DNA of 64,000 nucleotides from Geosiphon pyriformis uo1 (Eukaryota; Fungi; Glomeromycota): NCBI GenBank assembly GCA_016748015.1, contig JAAOMT010000307.1, positions 14,048 to 78,047 of the forward strand, read 5' to 3'. Shown piece by piece: positions 55,850 to 64,000 of this stretch (position 1 is its first letter; each line of letters starts with the position of its first letter). The notes under the pieces were generated by a model. It saw only the letters and a program-made list of their open reading frames with translations, ran no database searches and was not told where the DNA came from. The position numbers and the translations under genes were made by a program.

Positions 55850-56020
55850 ATTTCTTAATATTTTTTGTGTGCAAGTCCAACCACTATCTATGTACACACA
55901 AAACTTATACATGTTCTACAATAAACGCAGCTCATGCACTTTCTACATGTGACCAGCCATCCAAGCCAATCAAGATTACACTATCTAGCAAAACAAAGCC
56001 TAAGCTAAGACACTGAGTCC
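55850..56020 (-). mobile_element. Isolated LINE-type 3'UTR fragment (5'-truncated insertion or SINE-like tail)
   Basis: Reverse strand tagtgtaatcttgattggcttggatggctggtcacatgtagaaagtgcatga...tagtggttggacttgcac aligns with 27138-27260. Confidence 0.7.
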
Positions 56021-56348
56021 AAAATTTTTTGCCTAAAATATCCGACGCCTCGCACGCCAGTTTTCTCAACCTACAAAATCCTGAATTAAATAAATGCGTT
56101 TTAAATTGCCTTTACTAATAAAACCATATATAATAATTTTTATAAACAACCAATTCTTCGTTCAAATTATTCATCTATTTCAAACCATTTTATAGTTAAA
56201 TATTGATAAAAAACAATTAATATCATTATTAAAATAAATTGAAAGTGCTTACTGATTTGGTCAAGTGTGTCTTTATTCGTATGACTAATGCTAGCAGAAC
56301 AATCCAGATCTGGAAAAAAGACGCTTAAATCAGAAAAATTCTTAAACA

Positions 56349-59172
56349 TTAAATATGATAATTGAAAGTCTCACCACTCATTGAACATGTAAAGTTTGAG
56401 ATATGTTGACTTTTATATCTTGTTTCATCATGTTGAGCATCTTTTATCTCTTCAGAATAAAATCTTTTCTCATAGACAAGTTCATTTAAGTTACAGTTAT
56501 CATGAGCAGCGATAACTCTTTGTTGAAGTTGTTCTGCAGTGTTACGGTATTGGGGATCACAATGCCAATTTTTTTCAATTATTTCCTGAATACATTGAGG
56601 TGTATGTTTCTTGATTGTAGGACGCTTTCCCTTAATCACATCATGTACCACGTTGATAGGATCTGTATTATTAAAAGCTCTTTCTCCCGATATAATTTCA
56701 CATGAAATGATAGCAAAGCTGTATATATCGCTATACTTAGTATGAGAACCCTCCTCGAAAATTTCAGGCGCAAGATATTCAAGAACACCATAAATGTTTC
56801 CAGATTGTGGAGCGTCATCTGCAGGACGACAGAGTCCAAGATCAGAAATGACAACTTTTAAGGGGTTTGTTTTCAAAACAAGTATATTTCCAGGATGCAA
56901 GTCCCCATGTACCAGTTTTGATTCATGTATAAATCTTAGGCCACCAGCGATTTGAAAAAGAATACGAAGAAACATGTCCCAAGTGAGAATATCTTTGTTC
57001 GACTTGAGAAAAGCTTTGAGGTCCCCATGTTCCGCAAATGGTAAAACCATAACAAATTCATTATTTGTAACATCTTTGGTTATTCCATAGCATTCAAGGA
57101 TATATTTGCAAGATGCACTTGTAAGATGCGCAAGAAACTATTTTAATGCATTTTTTGGTGTTAAAGAAAAAATAGGGATAATAAAAATTACATAGATTAC
57201 TTAAAAGGAAATACCTCATCTGAATTGATACATTCCATATTTTGGTTGCCTTTAAGACATTTTAAAGCAACTTTAGTAACCCCAGTTCGTTCATATTTTT
57301 GATTTTTCTTATCCCAAAATAGAATTCTGCCTCTCTCCCATCTACCTTCTTTAACAATACCAAATCCCCCTGTTCCCACCCTATCTAAAAATGTTATCTC
57401 GTCGGGAGAAATCCATTCCAAAAATCCCCCGCAGCTTTCAGAAATCTTTTGTGTATGATCTATATACTGATCAATATTATCGTTTCCACTGTTCCATGTT
57501 CCGCAACTTTTTAAAAATCGTAGATATTCACAAGATTTACACCAAAGTGGATTTTTTAATGTTCCATCGCACTCTAGGCATTTCGGCAACCTGATATTAT
57601 CCCTTTTATCAGTATCGCAAAATGGACATATAGGAGATCCACTAATGATTGTACCCAAGTTGCCACATTTAAGACACTTGAATTCATCTGAAAGCTGGTC
57701 AAAGAAAGCTTCAAAATCTAAAAATTCTCCTTTCAAATAATCTAGGTATTTGAAGCCTCGCTTTTGGAATTGTAAAATGGTATATTCCAGATTTTCTTGT
57801 TCCTCTAAAGTAAGGTCATGGACATGCAAATCAGAAAAATCACTTCGATAACATAAGTTATTTGCTTCTGCTGCTTTTAAATACAGTTCAAATGCTTTTT
57901 TTAAATTTTTTGTGGTTCCCCATCCATTTTGATAACACCATCCAAGGTTATATTGTGCATTTTGATTTCCTGCCTCTGCTGCTCTTGAATAAAATTGAAA
58001 TGTTTCTTCTAAATTTTTCACTATTCCATTTCGATAATACGTGCCAATACTGGTTTGTGATCTCAAATTTTCCCCTTTTCCCAGATCTTCCACTGTTTCC
58101 AATTGATATGCTCTAACACCTACTCGTCCAACTAAACGTCCCGCCTCTGCTGCTTCCGAAAAGAGTTTAAATGCTTTTTCTAAATTTTTTGTCGTTCCTT
58201 CTCCATTTAAATAACAAAGTGCAAGATTGCATTGTGCATTTAAATCTCCCCTCTCTGCTGCTTTTGAATAGAGTTCAAATGCATTTTTGGAATTTTTTGT
58301 CGTTCCTCTTCCATTATCGTAGCAAAGTGCAAGATTGTATTGTGCATTTAAATGTCCCGTCTCTGCTGCTTTTGAATAGAGTTCAAATGCTTTTTCTGAA
58401 TTTTCTGTCGTTCCTTCTCCATTTAAATAACAAAGTGCAAGATTGCATTGTGCATCTAAATCTCCTCCCTCTGCTGCATTTGAATAGAGTTCAAATCCTT
58501 TTTTTAAATTTTTTGTCGTTCCTTCTCCATTAGCATAACACCATCCAAGATTGAATGTTGAATTTAAATGTCCAGCCTTTGCTGCTTTCGAAAAGAGTTC
58601 AAATGCTTTTTCTAAATTTTTAATCGTTCCTTCTCCATTTAAATAACAAAGTGCAAGATTGTATTGTGCATTTAAATGCCCCGCCTCTGCTGCTTTTGAA
58701 TAGAGTTCAAATGCTCGTTCTGAATTTTTTATCGTTCCTTCTCCATTTAAATAACAAAGTGCAAGATTGCATTGTGCATCTAAATCTCCCCCCTCTGCTA
58801 CTTTTGAATAGAGTTCAAATCCTTTTTTTGAATTTTTTGTCGTTCCTTCTCCATTAGCATAACACCATCCGAGATTGAATGTTGAATTTAAATGTCCAGC
58901 CTTTGCTGCTTTCGAAAAGAGTTCAAATGATTTTCTAAATTTTTGGTCGTTCCTTCTCCATTTAAATAACAAAGTGCAAGATTGTATTGTGCATTTAAAT
59001 CTCCTGCCTTTGCTGCTTTGAAATAGCGTTTAAAAGCTTTTCCCTCATTTTTTTGATTGCGCTTAAGACATTTTTTTGGAAAAATGGCTAGAATTTCTTT
59101 AATAACACTGAAAGCTCCTTTAAGACAGTTGGGAGATGAAATTGTAATTTCAATTGGCAAAGTGGAAGACAT
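56349..59172 (-). CDS. Sel1-repeat, Cys-rich and tyrosine-kinase-like (TKL) protein kinase gene; one apparent 1-nt frameshift near 58932
   Basis: ATG 59172; about 10 Sel1 repeats; CxxC pairs (CLKC, CPFC, CLEC, WCKSC); WNSGNDNID; GTGGFG; VALK; a 77-nt intron (57214-57138) splicing in frame; HGDLHPGNIL, ISDLGL, YLAPE and SDIYSF. Confidence 0.85.
58150..59035 (-). repeat. Array of 8 near-identical 108-nt Sel1 coding repeats with 324-nt higher-order periodicity
   Basis: The unit containing acaccatcc(g/a)agattgaatgttgaatttaaatgtccagcc recurs near 58538 and 58862, 324 nt apart. Repeat types run A-B-C-A-B-C-A'-C. Confidence 0.9.
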
Positions 59173-61366
59173 GGTTTTCAAAAAAAATTTATAGAGAAAG
59201 AAAGATTTTTATATTAAGCCAATCCAATTTTCATTCCCAAAAAGACAATGCTTTTTGAAGTTAGAATATGAAACAAACTTCTAAAAATAGATTGTTGACT
59301 GCGTGGCGTAAAAAGGTTATTTTCTTATTAATAATTTCGATTTAAATCAAATATCTGCAGTTTAATTGGTCACTGCTGCTGAAATGAATGTAAATTATAG
59401 CTAATAATATATAATTTGTACGCTGGTTAATAATGTTTGTGTAAAATAAAAATAAAAGCAATGTCTTGGTTAATTTCAATATAATTGATATCGGTTAAAT
59501 ACATTTTGAACCAATAATCTCAAACTCAAGTGACATTTAACTTAACAAATTATTTTCGAAATACAACCTTTTATTAATAATAAATTAACAATTTGGCATA
59601 GAAGCGAATGACTTGGAGAATTTATTCTATAAATAGTTTATAAAATTTTTTTTTAAAAAATTTCCATTTCTTAATGAAAACATAACTATTTCTTATTTAG
59701 TTGGAAAACTTAGAAACACGATCTTAGTTTATTATTCAAATTTTCTTGTATATGAAAACTTTTAATTATATCAACAAAAAAAGTATAATATTAATTATAA
59801 AAATTGGATCAATGAAAAAAAGCTTTTTTTGAGAACAATATACAAAGTCACTTAGGAAAATATTATAAAAAAGGTTAAAAATATGTTTTTAAAAATTACA
59901 CTTTTTAGTTATAAAAGAATAACAGTTAGATTATTTGCTTTGATCATTTAGATTTTTATATTATATGTATAATTTTTAATTACCATTGGTAATTTAAACA
60001 ATAATGTCAATTAGCTGAATAATAAATTAGTTTTCAGTATTCTAATGGTTAAATATTTATTATTTTGCTAATTTTTTTAAGAAAAAAACAGAATTTTTAA
60101 ATACAAGAAATTAAATAAATTATTGCCTTTACCAGACTGAAAAAAATTCAAAGTTTTAATAGTTACAGGAGTTTTGATTTTACTTTTGGAATAAGTGCTA
60201 TAGCATAGTCGCGTCAAATCACAAAAGTATGATTATTAAAAATATAAAATGTTTGGTGGTAACCTATTTGCATAAATTTTTAATCAAAAAAATGAAGGCT
60301 TTTTTTGTGAAAAGTGGTTGGAATTTTTGTGAAATGAGAAGTTTAATTATCATTGATAAAAACCGAAAACTTTTAAAATTCAAGTTTCCTTTTAAGGTAA
60401 AACAAAGAAATTATGTGCTACATATGCAAAAAATTCAAAGGAAAAAATTGAACAATCAAAAAATTCTTGATTGATTATTTACGAAATCATATTTAAAATA
60501 TAATGCGGCTTTATCTTTGAAAAAATTTTAGGAACTTTCAGTATAAATCTAATTATTTTTTCGGTCTATAAATTATATTTCAATGCAATTTATCTTTTTA
60601 ATTTCAAAAAAAAAATTTGATTCAAATATATAGAAATCTTTTGTATTAAAAATATATAGCATCGAAACAAATATCATGTATTGAATAGAAAAGTTCACCA
60701 AGAGTTGCATAATAAATTTAGTAAAATAATTATAACAGTTTGAATCATTTATTTGAAATATCAACAAGATATTTATTAGAAAAATCTTTGTAATTCAATC
60801 TTTTCAATGAACTTGGAAGCTTAGATATATGTACTTAAAGCTAAAAATAATAATTTGTTTCATATATCTAATGTCTAAAGTGGCTAGTTTTATATTATCT
60901 CATTATTATATTCTACATTAAAAAATTTCAATTTCATCAATCACTTTAGAGCTTAAAATTCAAATTCCTAATTCATGTGACTGATAATTTTTGAAAAATA
61001 ATCTATTATTAGTTATCTGTTATCATTAACTATCAAAACTTACTGTATACATTTATTCAAAAGCATATTTAAAAACTGGTTTTAATATCTTTTTCTGAAA
61101 ATTCTGAAATTTTTGCAATATAAAAAGTAGTTATTTTGACCATAAATATATATATTTATGGTCAAAACCTAATATTTTTAAATAAACTAATTTTACTTTA
61201 ATGCTCAAACTCACTTGCCAAACACTGAATTTCAAAAATGGGTGTAAAATAATATCCGATCACCTGTCGATCACATGCAGTGTAAAACTCAGTGCTGTGA
61301 AAATGCCTTTCCTTAAAGACTGCAGATTGAAATATCAATATTTCAAAGCTTTTATACCTTTTATCA

Positions 61367-62443
61367 ATGGCACCCCAGCAATTCTTTCAGGCTTTATCCG
61401 ATGATTTTGGAATAGCTAGAATTTTTCTGATGTTAGGATTGTTATTGGAGAAGTGCCTAATATTAGAACTTTTCACGCTCATTCACCAATTTTAGCAGCA
61501 AGATCTCCATATTTTTCTCTCTAATAATGGGATTAAAAGAGAAAATAATGCTATTATTTTCGCTAAACCTAATATTTCACCCAAAATTTTTGAGATAATT
61601 CTGAGGTAAAGGTTTTCATTTGCTTTAAAGTATTTTTGCCAACACAAATTCCTGTGTTTTATTTTCCTGCACAGATATATTTATAATGGCGAGATTTCTC
61701 TTGATAAACATAAAGTATCTACCATTTTAGAATTGCTTGTTACCGCTGACGAACTTATTCTAGAGAATCTTATTGATCACCTTGAAGACTATTTGATTAA
61801 ACATCATGCAAAAGAGTTTGAAAAAAATTTCGCCATTTTGCAGAAAACTTCATTTATGCATGATTCTTTCAAAAAGTCACAAAAATTCTGCACCGAAATA
61901 GCTGCTAACAATCGAGCTATAGTCTTCAACTCGGAAGATTTTACCTCCCTTACTGAAAATGCTCTTCCTCAATTTTAACTCGGGATGACCTAAATATAGA
62001 AGAATCTGAAATATGGGAAAAAATTGTTGAATGGGGAGTTGCTAAATTGGATAACAATATTCAGACGAAGAACGTTCTTTACTGGACAGATGAAAACTTC
62101 CACGCCTTTAAAGAATCTATTGGAAGACTTCTACCTTTAATCCGGTTCTTTAACATATCTTCAGTTGACTTCTATCACAAAGTAAAACCATTTGCGAGAA
62201 TCTTACCTGGAACTTTATATGAAGATATTTTACATCATTATCTCGTGCCGAGTAGTTATCAAGAGTCTGTAGTACTCAGCCATTACGTTGTTTTCGATCA
62301 AATATTGATTCAAAGATACTTTAATCGCATAATATAAAACAGCTAGATCATTGGATTCAGGGCAAAGACGAAAATACTCCTTTTGAAAATCAACTTGGAA
62401 ATGATTTTAAATTGTTACTTCGAGGCAGTCGAGACGGATTCAA
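61367..62443 (+). pseudogene. BTB/POZ-BACK-TLDc domain gene, frameshifted and running into the assembly gap
   Basis: FSDVRIVIGE...FHAHSPILAARSPYF; KPNISPKIFEIIL|YIY across intron 61606-61674; LLVTADEL; RDDLNIEESEIWEKIVEWG; LIRFFNISS; FKLLLRGSRDGF (TLDc start). Several frameshifts. Confidence 0.88.
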
Positions 62444-62840
62444 NNNNNNNNNNNNNNNNNNNNNNNNNNNNNNNNNNNNNNNNNNNNNNNNNNNNNNNNN
62501 NNNNNNNNNNNNNNNNNNNNNNNNNNNNNNNNNNNNNNNNNNNNNNNNNNNNNNNNNNNNNNNNNNNNNNNNNNNNNNNNNNNNNNNNNNNNNNNNNNNN
62601 NNNNNNNNNNNNNNNNNNNNNNNNNNNNNNNNNNNNNNNNNNNNNNNNNNNNNNNNNNNNNNNNNNNNNNNNNNNNNNNNNNNNNNNNNNNNNNNNNNNN
62701 NNNNNNNNNNNNNNNNNNNNNNNNNNNNNNNNNNNNNNNNNNNNNNNNNNNNNNNNNNNNNNNNNNNNNNNNNNNNNNNNNNNNNNNNNNNNNNNNNNNN
62801 NNNNNNNNNNNNNNNNNNNNNNNNNNNNNNNNNNNNNNNN
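62444..62840. other. Assembly gap (397 N)
   Basis: Run of N. Confidence 1.
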
Positions 62841-63599
62841 NAATTTCAGAGAGCTTTAAACAAGATAAAGCATTATTTACATAAATTTATTCAAACAAAC
62901 GCTCTTTTAGCTTTGTGATATATTTTATTGTAGGTAAAAATTGTAGAATTTTCGAATTTCCACAATTGCTTAGAATAGGTAAAAAGCATTAGAAATAAAA
63001 CTTATTTTAGGTATAGCCTTGAGATGCATAGTTTTGCTTGATTATAGTTGGTAGCTATGTAATAAATAGAAGTTTAAACTAAAGTGAAAATTAGTAATGA
63101 GAAATTTAATATTCATTGATAATGGCAACAAAAGAATAAAATTCTAGCAAAAAATTAAATTCTTCTTAAATGTTGATGCTTTTTTATTAAATGTCTAAGA
63201 TTTAAATGACTACTAAAATTTTATAATATCAATCATTCAAGTAATAAATAACTTATAAAAAAAATCATATGAATTCTATCAATATTATGATAAATTACGA
63301 TTATTAAATTTTTATATTTGGCTTCAAAAATTTTTGTCTTATTATTTTACAAATTTTTTAAAATTGGTATTTATTAATTAAAATAAAGCTGTAAAATTTC
63401 ATGTCTTTTTAAGTTTTAGACCTGCTATTAAATTTTAAGAGCATTAATCAAGACATAGAATTATAACAAACTATTTCTTTACTTTTAAATATTTCTGAAA
63501 GTATTAGGAACTGTGATTTAAAACTGATCACATTAAAATATGTTTCTTACACATTCAATTTACTTTATTCTTTTATGAAATTAATAAATGATTGTCTTG

Positions 63600-64000
63600 T
63601 CAAGAAGATCTTTATTCTTATAATAGACGCAATTATCTGGCTTAATCCACGTTTTTGGTGTGGACCATCATTTGAAAGATTTACCAACATATCATTTGTG
63701 TAACTCGAGCATATATATTCGTTCCTAATTCTTTGCTGGTCATAAGTAAATAGCTATAATGAAATATGCGGTGTTCATTTAAATTGATAAAACTCATGAG
63801 CAGCAAATGCTGTATAGACTATAAAGGTAAAAAAAAGCAAATTTGAGCTTGAAAAAAATATTTAGAAATCATCAAAATAATAAATCACGGCACCCATTCC
63901 ATGTACCACGAAAATTGCTGCAACAATAGCATTGAATCTTTATTTTTCTATTTCTTCAAGGATACTTGAAAAATGATAATGAAAATGCCGGTATTGATCC
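63600..64000 (-). other. Possible 3' part of a disrupted gene continuing beyond the window
   Basis: CpG-retaining island with an intron-like GT...TTTATAG segment (~63888-63819) and short hydrophobic translations. No recognisable motif. Confidence 0.25.

Noticed and set aside
50916-58857. Plus-strand Leu-rich repetitive ORFs (50916, 57862, 58171, 58651) that look like LRRs
   Set aside because: They are antisense translations of the Sel1 repeats.
58150-59035. Regular 108-nt repeats as a possible CRISPR array
   Set aside because: There are no unique spacers, the units are in-frame Sel1 coding repeats, and the context is eukaryotic with no cas genes.
59800-61300. ORFs 60229+, 60573- and 61201+
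   Set aside because: Low-complexity K/I/F/N composition typical of random AT-rich intergenic DNA; 61201 overlaps the BTB upstream region out of frame.
62383-62918. 158 aa and 168 aa ORFs
   Set aside because: Their length comes from the N gap; only LLRGSRDGF is real (TLDc start).

Overview
This is very AT-rich eukaryotic DNA with short (about 66-77 nt) GT-AG introns. The gene content suggests a Glomeromycotina fungus (arbuscular mycorrhizal or Geosiphon-like); this is inferred from the Sel1/TKL-kinase, BTB-BACK-TLDc and Crinkler-like genes and the RNase H-bearing LINEs. The left 34 kb is mostly remnants of one non-LTR retrotransposon family (ORF1 with zinc knuckle; ORF2 with APE endonuclease, RT and RNase H). 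Two copies are still readable and lie head-to-head: 9.4-16.7 kb (minus, chimeric) and 19.4-27.3 kb (plus, carrying a solo LTR). Several more copies have decayed to almost pure A/T through C>T and G>A transitions. Among them is a disabled gene with coiled-coil, PD-(D/E)xK nuclease and kinase parts (28.8-31.3 kb), an architecture shared by Crinkler and SPOK toxin-antidote proteins. The middle holds a small spliced orphan gene, an isolated 5.8S rRNA fragment and a 1.5-kb AAY/AGY triplet tract. The right third holds a cluster of putative innate-immune-type genes: a Sel1-repeat pseudogene, a gene with a near-identical Sel1 array followed by Cys motifs and a TKL kinase (one frameshift), and two BTB(-BACK-TLDc) pseudogenes. 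There is one assembly gap (62444-62840). No CRISPR array or tRNA was seen. Boundaries of decayed elements are approximate and were read by eye.
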